The notes under the pieces: generated by a model | Seen by the model: the letters and a program-made list of their open reading frames with translations, nothing else | Database searches by the model: none | What the model was told of the DNA's origin: nothing | Shown: positions 25,099 to 37,783 of the stretch, one piece after another | Layout: each line of letters opens with the position of its first letter | How positions within the stretch are numbered: the first letter of the stretch is position 1 | Position numbers and translations under genes: made by a program | Assembly (NCBI RefSeq): GCF_964204645.1 | Contig: NC_134030.1 | Coordinates: 6,118,778-6,182,777 of the forward strand | DNA length: 64,000 nucleotides | Direction: 5' to 3' | DNA from: Tubulanus polymorphus | Lineage: Eukaryota > Animalia > Nemertea

Positions 25099-28000
25099 AT
25101 GGATCACAAAATCAAAGACGGAAGCAAATCTTCCGCGAGTAGAAAGAAAAAGGAAAACAATAACGACGTCCATAAAGACGGTACGGCTTCAGAAAACCGT
25201 AAAAACTACTTGAATGGAAATTCAATTCATCTCCATTTTTTCAACTTTTTTTTTGTGTTGTTTACTCCATATTTTTGAGGTCACTTTATCAAAAGGAAAT
25301 GCTAGTAGCAACGAAGCTACGTATATTTCTTACGGCAATAGTCTTCACGCCGATTATTCGACGTCTTACTGTGTGGCTTATATTGATGTGATGAAGTACT
25401 TACTAACTAACTACACAGGGATCGGCCTGCTTGTGTTTTGTGTTTGATTGACTTAAGGTGTATGGCAGCTTTTTGGGTTTGAATTTTGATGTAGGCAACA
25501 GACGAATTCTAGGAATGAGCTATGTAACATATATGATCAGAAATTATTGATATTTTCATATATGTGGGAGTGACTTGTTTGTATGAAGTCTGTGTGTATA
25601 AAAATAATATGTCAGTTGATTTTGTCTAGTTTCGGCCCCGCACTTCACCAAGAAGTGCCGGCCCTTGTTCACAAAATCGCATGTGCTATTTGTGCAATTG
25701 TCTGCATCCACTGTGGTGGATGAACCCCTTAAAGAATTGTGTATGGTCGAATTGCAGTATCATTATTACTGCATAGTAGACAATTTGAATGAAAATTCTG
25801 TTATATTCACTGTATCAATTCAGGAAAGAAACTACAGAATGGCGAGTCTAAATTGGGTAAAGATCCCTACGCCTGGGAAGATGATCAGTCTCCAGAGTAA
25901 GTAATTCTCACTGTAAGAGGAGTTAATTATCAACTTTTGCTTTTTGATTGTCACTTTAAGAAGTTTCTGCCAATTTCGTCTGTCTCTTTGATGGCAGAAA
26001 CCTTCTACTGAGAAGAGCATCATTATTCCAGATTACTAATGCACCTTATTGAAAATATATTTGGCCTACTAATTTTTCGACTGACGATGTGTTGTAGAAC
26101 TGTTGTTCGGGATGGTGAACTGTAGAATTGATGTTCTGTTTTTTTAGACCGGTGACTTTAATGTCGGAAGACGATCGAAAACGTCATGCAAGAAATAAAC
26201 TCGAAAAACATCGAAAAGATAAAATCCGAGGTTTCGTGAATCAGTTGATCGATTTATTGCCACCAATATTAACGGGGAAAAAGACGCAGGTATTTTGTAT
26301 TCATTGAGTATTCACATGTTTTAAAGGACCAATTCATGCAGATTTTAGGCGACCAAAATATGTCTTTGTTTTTTATGTAATCCAGAGTTCATTGTATCTA
26401 TCATGAAATTGATTAAAAATCTTCCAATTCCAGTCAAATTTTTTGGCCAATGAATTGTTATTTCCAAAGTTATTAGTGTTTACGCTATAGACTTCAATAT
26501 CAAAGATGTAATTTGGATTAAGATGTAACAGTAATGAGTTGTATTGAAATTGATGATCTTAATTTTCATAGAACACAAATGAAGTGTTGGAAAGAACCGT
26601 CAATTACGTGAAAGAATTGAAAGGTCAGAATGAGCAGTTAATGAGAAATAATGGAGATGAAATCCAAGGTATGTAATCGAACTGAATGATTGATGAATTT
26701 GATCTCTATAGGTCTTATAGTTTGTTCATAACCTCGCGTTATTTGTTTCTAGCTCAAGAAATCGCTCAGTTGCGGAGAGATTTGGAGAAAGTTACGAATG
26801 AAAGGGATCATTTGGACAAAATTCTGGAGCAAGCAGGTACGATAGATTAAAACAGACCCGACTACGACTACTTTTTGAGTGGAGGGTAGTTAGCAATGAG
26901 CTCAACTACTCCCGAAAATATTTTAACAGTTCTCAAAATCAGAGTAATTTCTAGTTCATTTTCATAATTACTCTTATTTTGGGATAACTGCTGCAATTAG
27001 AGATATCAAGTGGTTAGATCCATTTAAATATAAAGGCAACAAATAAGATGTTTCGCTTCACTATATTTTCGCTTCGCTATTCGTCATGTTTCAGGAATGG
27101 TTGGACTCAATTCTTCCAACCTGATGTGGCAGAAAAATCGACAATGTTCAATGAACGCGGAACGACTGATGAAAATGGCGTCTGCTCACAAACAAACGGA
27201 CGACGAAGCGAATACGACGAACAACGACGACGTGAAAATCAATAATAAACCGAAACGTAATCGATCGGGCGGGAAAACCCTGAAAACTCACATAAACGAA
27301 TCGCAGCAAAACAGCGATTTCGTATCATTGGCGACGGCGCGTTCGTTAGCCGATCAGATCTCAGTCGTGACGTCGCACGCCGGATTCGAACTGTCCGGTA
27401 ATCCAGCGCTCGTATCGCCGTCGGACAGCGCGTCGAAACTATCGTTCGTCGACTCGAATGGAATGTTGATGGTTTCGCCGACCGCTGCCGCTCAGAGTTT
27501 ATTCTCGAACGTCGAAACGGATTCGACCTCGAAAAACTACGCGAGCAGCACCGGCGAAATCAACGAAGAAATGATGGATGCGACTGCGTGCGATAATAAT
27601 GACACAGCGTTACAGACGTTAGCCTCGTTGGCGACCAGTTCGCAGATTCTCGCCGGTAGTTCGAGTAATTCCGACGTGACGATGATGCCGGGTGCGGCGG
27701 CGGCGTCGATGTCGCAGCAAGGAGCTCCGGTGTCGATAACCGGTACGCAGGTTACTCAATCGGTCGGCATGCCGATCATGTCGACCGATCCTAAGTCGGG
27801 AGAACTGACTTCGGTCGTCGGTAATCTCGGATTCCCCCAGCAGCAGCAGCAGCAGCAGCAATCGGCGCCTGGCATTAATTCAAACATTCCAATTCCGTTG
27901 ATGCAACAAAATACTCAGCAGAACTCGGCCGCATCGAGTTTACAAGGTACGTTGGTTATGCAGAACGGACAGTTATTATTGATCAAAGATCCGGTCATGC

Positions 28001-31000
28001 CTCTACAACAACAACAGCAACAACAACAGATGGTGCCGCCAGACACCGCTGCTACTGATGTTAGTAAAACGGGCGGCAAAGATGAAAAAGACAGTAACGT
28101 GACCGATCAGCTGGTAGCATCCCAGCAGCAGCAGCAGCAGGCTGGGATGATGTTTCCCGGTGGTTTAATACCTCGTCCTCCGCTCGGTCAGTCGATGTTA
28201 AACGCCGCCGGTCAACAGATCGTCCCGCTCAGCAACGGACAGTTCGGCATCGTGAACAACGCGCAACAACAATCGTTACCGCCGACGATCCTCGGCTCGC
28301 ACCTCGGAATACAACCGACCAATCAAATACCGGGCTTGGTTCAGCCGCCCGGTAGTCTGCCGCAGGCGTTGATCTTACCGAACGGACAGGTCGTACCGGT
28401 CGTTACGCAACCGAACTTACTGTTTCCGCATTCGCAATCGGCGAACAACGGAATCATCGTGCCCGGCAATTCCGGCGCGTTGATGCAAATGCCACCAGGT
28501 GGCGCCGGTATGATGCCCGGGATGAATTTACTGCCGTCTGCGTCGAGTATGGCCGGCGGATTGCTAATGACGACGAGCGTAACGACGGTGACGACGTCGA
28601 CGGTCGCTTCGTCGTCGTGTAACTCGTCGATGCAGGTCGTGTCGAGCCACCAGATGGCGCCGATATCGACAGCCGCGCCGTCGCAATCCAACGCCACAAA
28701 CACGGCGACGACGAATTCCAATCGGCTACCGACGACGCCTTCGCAGATGCTGCCACCGATCGGACAACCGATGGTGATGAATCCGGCGACCGGACAGCCG
28801 CAGGTTCTCGTCGGTCAGCCGCAGTTATTGATGAATCAAAATCAGCTGAATCCGATCGGGATGAACGCGTTCGCCGGTCAGAATAATCTCGCGATGCCAA
28901 TCGGTCAATCGGTGGTGCCGTCTAGTGTCAGTACGGGAACCGATCCGAATCGAAAATCGACGCCCGTTTCGACGGTCGCGATGAGTGGGAACTTAGTGAA
29001 CGCTGCTACAGCTTCTACGTCCGTAACGTCGGGAACTCCTCCTGTATCAACTTCTAGCGGACCTACCACTCTCCGTGTCGTCTCTTCTAACGGAACATTC
29101 CTCATCACGTTGCCACCTGGTGTCAACCCGCAGAACTTAATCATCGATCCGAACAATCTGGCCGCGTTGCAGCAGCAGGGAAAACCGGGAATGATTCCGC
29201 AACCGGCTACGACGGTTACCGGGAACGTACCGGTTTCCGGACTCTCCACCGGAGTCGGCGGTAAAAATAAAAAAGGCCAACGCGTATTAATGCCTAAACC
29301 TCCTAATCTCGGAAACGGAGCGTATATCCCTCCGATTACAGTGTGGCCGATGCCGATGCAGCAGCAGCAGCAGCAGCTACAACAACAACAATCTCAGCAA
29401 CAGACCTCAGAAAAACGGACGAACAAATCACGACAGACGACGGACGGTGTTACCGCGGCGACTAAACAGACGGATAAATCGAACGATAAAAAGTCGAACG
29501 AAAGCGGTTCGGGGAGTGTAGCGACGGACGAAACGCTGGAGACCGACGCCAATTCCGATAATACTCCCGTCACCACGGTTACCGAGGATATTCTTGCGAA
29601 AGCGGCCGAATCGATATTCGCGTCGAGCATGTCGGATATTTCACCGACGATTTACGATAACGACGACAACAGTTTATACATCGATACGGCGAGTACGGCT
29701 GCCGTAACGGAGCCACAAACCGACGAGTCGGTCGCCGCTCCGATAGCTGAACCGGTCGAACCACCTGTCGTCGCGACCAGTAAAAAACCGGCCGATAAAT
29801 CGCGTTCGCGTAAGAAGAAATCGAAAGCGTCGAAAGAGAAGTTGAAATGCGATTCAGTCGAGATACCGGCAGCGACGGCGGTCGAAGTGGAAAAATCAGT
29901 CGAAACGATGCCGTGTTTGATATCGGAGCCGGTTTATACGACGCCAGCACCGCTACCTGCGACTGATTGCAGTAAATTAGGAGTGAGTGACGAGAAACAT
30001 GAGAAAATTATTTCACCTTCAAAACAGCAGCAGCAGCAGCAACCGGCACCATCTATGCCCATATTAGTACCAGAAGTAACGAACATTACGAATAAACAAA
30101 TGACGAAGCAGGAGCGTAAAGAAGCTCGTCGTTTGGCTAAAAAGAAAAGAGCCGAAGAAAAACTCGCGGCAGCCGCTGCTGCTGCTGCAAATGCGGCTAC
30201 CGTAGTCACGCCGATGGTTAAGGTGGATGCGGACGCTCCAGTTGCGATGGAGACGGAATCGGACAGCGCTAAAGAGAACAAAAATGAAACGAAAATCGCC
30301 GCGAATGAAGATCCCGGTCAACGGTTAGTGTCCGATGGTTTACCGGATACGATCACGTTTACGGAAAGCGAATTGTGCGACGTTTTAGACCAGGTCGAAA
30401 ATCTCGGACTGACGTTACAACCGGAGGAGCCGTCGCCTCCGAAACCGCCAGCGGTCGTCGCGGACACGACGCCGAATAAGTCACGCGGTCGTAAGAATAA
30501 ATCATCGAATCGCGACGGTCAACCGGTTAGTAAAAAGCGCAAGCATAATAACAAATCGTCGTCGTCATCTGGGGCGGGTGAATTCGACGTCGACGTTCAA
30601 GATGATATTCTACCGAACGATACCGGATTACAAATCGATTTAGATCCTCCGTCGTTAGAGATTAACGAACAATACGCGAGTCCGGGTCACGTCGTCGCTC
30701 CGGGGTCGACGGTGAACGCGTCGCCGCAAATTCCAAAAACCTCGACGACCGAAACGTCGAACGAATCGCCGCAAATCGACCAGCAGACAATCGACGAGGA
30801 CGATTCTGCCGAGAAAGAAAACTCGAACAACGTCGATAGTTTCTTCGATTCGATTTCGGATATGATAAATCCGAGTCCGCCGCCGCTGACGGCGCCGTCG
30901 TTACGAGAAACTCGCGCGTCGTCGACGGACATCGATAAAACGACGGCGTCGGTCGATAATTTAGAAACGTCGTTGAACGAGACGAATTTGAATATTTTGT

Positions 31001-34000
31001 CGAGTATTGCCGCGGAGGCGAGCTCGACGCTGGAGGCGATGGAACAATTGCGAAAATCGACGGAAGATCTGCGTATGCCACCCGACGATAAACAACACGA
31101 TCATCATCACCGGGCGGAATCGCCGATTCATATGAGACCCGATTCGCCAATGCGGATTCCGATGGATACGCCGATGCCGCCCGTCTGTCGGTCTCCGCCG
31201 CCGCGATTGAATTCTCCGCCGCAGCTGCAGTCACATTCCATGGCGATCGATTCACCGTCCGGTTTACCGTCGCCGCCTACGACGCATCACTTACCGAACC
31301 AGAGGCACGATAATAAAATCGTTAAACATTCTCCAGTTCACGCGGCCAATAACACGATGTTGTCGCCACCGACGAGTATAATGTCGCCTCCCGGTCAGAA
31401 TCTCGTGATGAAATCGTCGCCGGCTTCGTCTAGTTACACGAGTATGAACCCGTCGTCGTTGCAGCCCGATTCGCAGTCGCCGATGTCGCAATCGGGAGGA
31501 GATCGACATCGTCACGAGTCGTACGGCAGTCAGAACATGGGACCGTCGAGTATCGATAGCGCGTTATCGTCGCAGCACAGCGTACCGTCGCACGGTACGT
31601 CGAATACGACCGCGTTAAAACATCAATCCGCGCAGCTGGCAACTCATTCCGGTCTGACGGCTCCGTTTCTCAGTCATTCGGCCGAGAGTCTATTCAGTCC
31701 GGCTAGCGCGCCGTCGCATCGTAAAGAACCGATGAAAGCTCAAGAACCGTACATGGACACGGCTGACGTTCCGCCTCAGCAACAATCGGCGGCGCCGTCT
31801 CTACCGCCTTCCGTTACTAAGGCATCGCCGTCGAAATCGCCGGTTCGCTCGTCCGCCGGTAATATCACCGGTAACCATAACAACAATACTAGTGCTAATA
31901 ATAGTAAACATTCGCGCAAACAGCAACAACAATCGGGAGGGTTGCCATCGGCGGCGGCTTCGCAATCGAATTATTATTCCACGGAGAATCTATTAATGTC
32001 TAATCGTCACCCGGATAGCATGCCGCCTGGTGGCGGAATGTTCAACCAACCGCAGGCGCCGCCGCCGACCGCGAGCGCGAATAGTAATATGCAAAACAAT
32101 ACGGCGTGCGGAATGCAACGCGGTGGTAACGAGAATAATTTCAACATGCAATCGTTTATGCCGAATATCGCGTCGGATAGTTCGTGTACGGGACCGTTCA
32201 GTATGGCCTCGACGTTACCGGCGTTCTCGTTCAGTTTATCCGGTACGTCGACGTCGAATCCGAATTCTCTTCCGCCGCAGTTTCCGTTCTATCCGCTTCA
32301 CCCATCGATCTCTCAACAGGGGGAGCCACCGGCGCTTAATATGCCTCCGTTTCCTCCGCAGCAGCAGCAACAACAACAACAACAAGACAACCGTAACTCG
32401 TCGATCGGACCGCCTCCGCCGAGACCGACCAAACAATCGAACGATCCTCATTTCAACAATAGTAACTACGGTAGCACGTCGCCGCGGGATTCGATGAGAA
32501 ACGCGCGGCCGAATCAGTTCATGGAAGCGGTGGCGCCCCCTACTCAAGGAAAAGGCCCGCAGTCGTCTGCTAACGATTTCACGGCGATGAATCATAATCG
32601 TAATGATTTGAATTCGTCGGCTCCTAGTATGAACGCCGCCGGCGGACCACCGCCGTTTATCGATATAAATCAACCGATGATGACCGGTCCGGGAAGTTCG
32701 TCCGGCTCCCGATTGGCTAATGATATGAATAGATTACCAAATCATTACACCGACCTGAGTCACGCTCGTCCCGAAATGAATAGAAATCGTCCTCCTCCGC
32801 AGCAACCGCCCGCTCCGCAGCAGGTCGTGCCACCGCCGAAGAATGCGAGTCGACCGCCGAATATGACTCCACCGGCGAGTCGACCACCCGCGAGTCGACC
32901 AGTTGAGATTAGTTCTAGTCACAGACGCCAGTCCGATAGTGGTCCTCGTCTTACCGAAATTGGCCAATCGCAAGCCAGATTATCCGACATCGGCCAATCG
33001 CAAGGTCCGACGAGGATGGATCTGAATCGATCTCCCGGTCGAGTTCGCGATTCGAGCCAATCGCAGAAGAGATTGACGGAAATCGGACAACCGCCGGCGC
33101 CACCTAGAACTCGCTCTAATCCGACGACGAGTCAGTCACCTCAGATTATAAACAGCATGTTTTATCCACCGTCGTTTCCTAATCAGGTGTCTCCAGCCAA
33201 TCAGATGACCAGCCCGCCTTTACATCATCCAAATCGGCGGCCGGGACATCCCGGTGATAACATGCGGACTAATTGCCCTCCTAACTTCCATCCTCCTCCG
33301 CCTGATTTCAATCCAGTTTTGAACTTCGGCGCCGGAGGTTTCGATCCTCCGGCGTTGGAGTTGAATGTTCGAGATACTCCCGGGAGTGGCGGGCCTTCGT
33401 CGACGACGCAACCGAACTATCATCCGCCGGCGCCACCGCAGGCCAGTCCGCGAACTACGAGTAAAGCGAACCGCGAGGCTAACCGCGCGAAGGGTAACAC
33501 TACGAGTTCGAGTCGACAGAGTCCGGCGAATCCACCGGCTCCGTCGAAAAGTCAAAAGTCGCGTTCGAAATCGAAAAAACAAGCCGCAAATAAACCGTAC
33601 GAGATGGACACTAATTTAGGAAATTCGATCTTCGAATCGGGCCGAAGTATGACGCCGTATTTCCATCTCGGCGGAATGCCTTCCCCGCCGTCGCGAAACA
33701 TACAAGGCGAAGGCCCGACGTATCTGCCGGGGAATCTATTCCCGGGAGGTCCGCGCCCGCTTTCCAACGCGAATTCCGTTCAACATAAAAACTCTGAGAT
33801 GAACATGAATCCGCCGTTCAATTCGTTATTTCAAACTCGGCCGCAAAACGGATTAGGTTTGAATTTCCAGCCCGGATTCGGTATGAATCCGATGCATCCG
33901 AATCACCCGAATTCTCCCTCGATTCCTCCTCATTCGAACAGTCTATCGATGCCGCCTCATCTGTCGAACTTCAATCTGAATATATTCTCCGATATCAGCA

Positions 34001-34296
34001 ACCCCGGCCAGCCGGATTCGATGAACATATCCCCGATTAAATTTCCCCACGGTAACCCGATGATACCCCCGCAGCCGGGTATGGAACACAACGCTTTACA
34101 ACATCACCACCAGGGGGCGATATATCACAATCGATCTCATCCGCAAATGTTACATAATATGGGCCTGTTCGGTCACGGGCACCCGGATTTGACCGGGCGT
34201 TCGATGGGCCCAGCAGGAATTGCTCAATTTCACGGACATGGTTCGGGCCCGGCTTTCGGAATGCCCGGATTAAACTTCAACATGCACGAGCATTAA
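25099..34296 (+). CDS. USF3: USF3 (KIAA2018)-like bHLH-ZIP transcription factor, ~2559 aa
   Basis: Phase-consistent exons 25099-25180, 25824-25896, 26148-26289, 26572-26668, 26753-26836 and 27095-34296. The bHLH-ZIP reads RKRHARNKLEKHRKDKIRGFVNQLIDLLPP...NEVLERTVNYVKELKGQNEQLMRNNGDEIQAQEIAQLRRDLEK. It is followed by one giant Q/P/S-rich exon, the same architecture as vertebrate USF3. Confidence 0.85.
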
Positions 34297-36824
34297 TCAC
34301 GAAATTAGAAACAAAAGAGATGGCTAGTTACAATCATTAAATACGCAATGGGTGCCGTACTGTTTTCAGAGTAGAAATGTTTTTATTCTATCGTACATCT
34401 GCAATTCTGCTTAAGAGATTTGTCGCTGAGTGAAAATGTTATGAATTATTTCAATTTAACTCACAGTAACTCACAGTTGTTAGTGTACATGGGAGATTTC
34501 TGTGTACAGCATTAGGTTACATAGCAGAGTGAAGAGTATTATTATCGTAGTTCCTAAACGCAGAAGATTTTTGAGAGAAACTCGTGGTGCTATCCATATG
34601 CATATCGTTTAGATGATTTTACATATCTCGAGCAATTGATTCGTTTTAAGTAAAAAAACTTGGTTTAATCAACGAGAAGCTGAGCTCTTTTTATTCATAG
34701 CAAATGTCAATAGGGTTATTGTTTTAGCAACGTTTTGGTCAGTTTATTTGTAAGTCCGTTGGTTAAGATTTATTTTATTAAATCATAAGTTCAGTGATTC
34801 TAATGATTGCGCCTGAAATGGTTTTTATTCGAAGCGTTTATCTGAGCCCGGATTGGCGAAGTATTAAGTAATATGATTATAAAATGCCAGATGGCACATA
34901 TGTTTTTATTGCTAGTGCAGTGAGCATTTCTATCCTCAATGGCATAATACGTTATTCAGTTTTAAAGTAAGAATCTCATGAAATAATGTCCATGATTTCA
35001 GAATTTTTGAAGTATGGTAGCAGTTTTGTGTTTCATCACCTGTTTGTACTGTAAACAAAAATAAGTCCATATGTTATTTTGGACTGAACGAATTAGCACA
35101 CAATCAATTTGTGTCGATGTGTAAATTGAATTTCCTAAAAAGCTGTAGAATAGAATTGTATGTGTACTTAACGTTATATACGTCAACTGTTTTAAGCGAT
35201 TAATGTTGTGTGTTTTGAGTAGAAAATCAAATGTATTATTCTTCGTTTTAACAAGCTTTTAGATAAGACAGTTACGTTAAGGCCCATTGCCCGCGATGAA
35301 CTAGAAAGTCGCAGCGATTCTTGCTCCGCGTGTTGCGTTCCCAGATATATATCGCAATGAAATGTTAAAACATTGTATAGCTTGAAATTGATGTCCATAA
35401 TAAGATATTTATATTTTCTATCGGAAAAATCTTTTGGCTTTAGAAGATTGTTACATCGTATGCGTATTTATGTAGTACTTTTTCTGCACTGTATTTACAG
35501 TGTATTAGGTTAACGTACATTGTGTGTATGTATTGTATATTTGAAAATCGTGTCTCGTCGATAGTTGTTGTGTTTAGTTTTTAGGAAGCTCTTGTACTGT
35601 GCAGACTAGAGATCATATTAAAAAATGTGTACTTTTGACGATATACAACTCAAGGTTAAATGAGATTCTGTGTCTGCATAGTATTTAATGTATGTGCCTC
35701 TGTAAATAAACGATTCATTAGCCATTTATTTGTAAATGTCCTTATGATATTACAATTATTATAATTATTATTAATATTATTATTATTAATGCATTTAAAG
35801 CAAAAAACTAAAATTATGGAGACATTTGTTTTATATATTGAATTGTAAATGTATATATTTTTATTAAAAAAAGAAACAATTACTATTTAAATACAAATTT
35901 TACGCGTGTTTTGTTACAGTTTGTATCACAGGTTTTTACTCTAAGAGTGGAACATCTGTATGTTTTGGCCTCGGAACTACTAAGTAATCAACTTTTTTAA
36001 CCCTGTGGTATACCGCCATAATCTCTATTCCAACAGAATCCTAATTTCTAGGATGAGACAACCCAACATCTATGCATCCTCTGATCAGCATCTAAGCCAA
36101 TCAACATCAGTAGACTGGGTTCGAACTACCAAAATTCCAATAGATGGTGAAAAAATCGATATAGAAAATCTCAGGAATCGGCTTTGAACCCGGGACATCC
36201 CTGTTTATCATTTACCAAGACTTCTCAGAATCAGTCCAAAAAGGTTGATACGAATATAGGACACCTAAATTAATCCAGTCCACTCGGCATCAATATTCAA
36301 TAATGCTGTAACTTTTATTGACTACCAATAAAGCATTACCACCTAACATAATGATATTTGGCCATGAACTTTGATCGATTCAGCATCCCAGAGACAACTC
36401 AGAATCGGCATTAATAACTGGATTCAAACCTTGGAAGCTGCTGTCGTCAGTTTCCACACCACACAGAATCCTCCTTTCCAATAGCAACAGAAACCTCTGA
36501 TATTAAATTGATTGTAATTTTATTCAATACAAATAAAACATAATATAAACCACGAATCATCTGCACAGATTGTCTCCCACAGGACACATTATTCAGTTCT
36601 CACATTAATTGCTCTTATAGTAGCATGAAATCTCAAACAGCACGCACATAAAATAAACCCCACCCTTCTTTACACAGACATACAAACAATAGATACGAGT
36701 GATTAATTACCAAACCAAACAAAATTATTACATCACAAACTGTGTTTGATGTACCTTACAAAATAAATACAGTAACAGGTATCATTACAACATTTGAAAA
36801 TAAATTGAACAGTTGCACAGTCGA

Positions 36825-36990
36825 TGGATGTTACTAAAACTACGCGTGACTAAAACGAAGACCTATGTACTGTGTATGCTACCGCCTCTGATGAAGAGCG
36901 TAGGCCATACCAGAAATGAATATGTAAAATAGCCAGTTTTCTGCTGTGCATAAAACTTCGTTTTAGTGTGCATAGTTTTAGTAAAGCCCT
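36825..36990. mobile_element. Palindromic MITE-like element
   Basis: TTACTAAAACTACGCGTGACTAAAACGAAG / CTTCGTTTTAGTGTGCATAGTTTTAGTAA inverted arms. Confidence 0.5.
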
Positions 36991-37299
36991 ACAGTCAACA
37001 CTTACTGACTAATCTAAAACCATTTTTAGCTAGTGCTGATCCAACAAATTGATACTCGTCAAAAGATTCAATTGGAATGTGCAACTAGCTCCAGCAGTGT
37101 TTAGGTCGTAGCTGTCTATGCAAGGCATAAATTCCTACCGGTAGTTCCAATTTAAAGCTGTCACCTTGTTATAACAAACTCACATTATAATATACTGGTA
37201 GCTACACTCGGTAACTGCCAACTTAGATCCGAATAAAAAACTTGAATAATAATCCACTGGATTAGTTAATGGTCTATTAAAATTATCCAAAGCAAATGT

Positions 37300-37672
37300 C
37301 AGGGTTCATAGTGTCCATGACCAATATCATTTAATGACTTTCAAGGACTTTTTTTAATATAATCAGTATAATATACTGATTATATTAAAAAAAGTCCTTG
37401 AAATTGCCATTATATTTGCATTGTCCAGGAACATTTTCATTGGAGTCGGGATTACCTGAATAGTGTGAAGTACACCTCACAATACAATGATCTGATATAA
37501 TGTGCAACGGATAACTTCAAATTATATCCGTGCAGTAAGGCAGATGCCATTCAAGGACCAATGAGAATGATTTAAGGATTTTAGAGGCCGCTCCATGATA
37601 ATCAAGGCCTTGAATTGACCCATTCCAATTCTATAACAGTTTATGACCTTCAAAGGACCACTATGAACCCTG
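37300..37672. mobile_element. MITE with CAGGGTTCATAGTG TIRs in the OS9 3' UTR region
   Basis: CAGGGTTCATAGTG...CACTATGAACCCTG with internal TTCAAGG subrepeats. Confidence 0.75.
37339..37403. repeat. Perfect 32-bp inverted repeat with 1-nt spacer
   Basis: TTTCAAGGACTTTTTTTAATATAATCAGTATA-A-TATACTGATTATATTAAAAAAAGTCCTTGAAA. Confidence 0.95.
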
Positions 37673-37783
37673 AAATGTGGAATACTGAGTAACAAAATAC
37701 ACAAATAACAGTAGATCAGATCAGATCTGAAAAATGCATTATCTACTGCACGATATATATATATATATATATGTATAGAATGA

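Noticed and set aside
27619-33767. Many antisense and alternate-frame ORFs over the USF3 giant exon
   Set aside because: Shadow ORFs caused by GC-rich, NCG-biased codons in a low-complexity exon; no recognisable domains.
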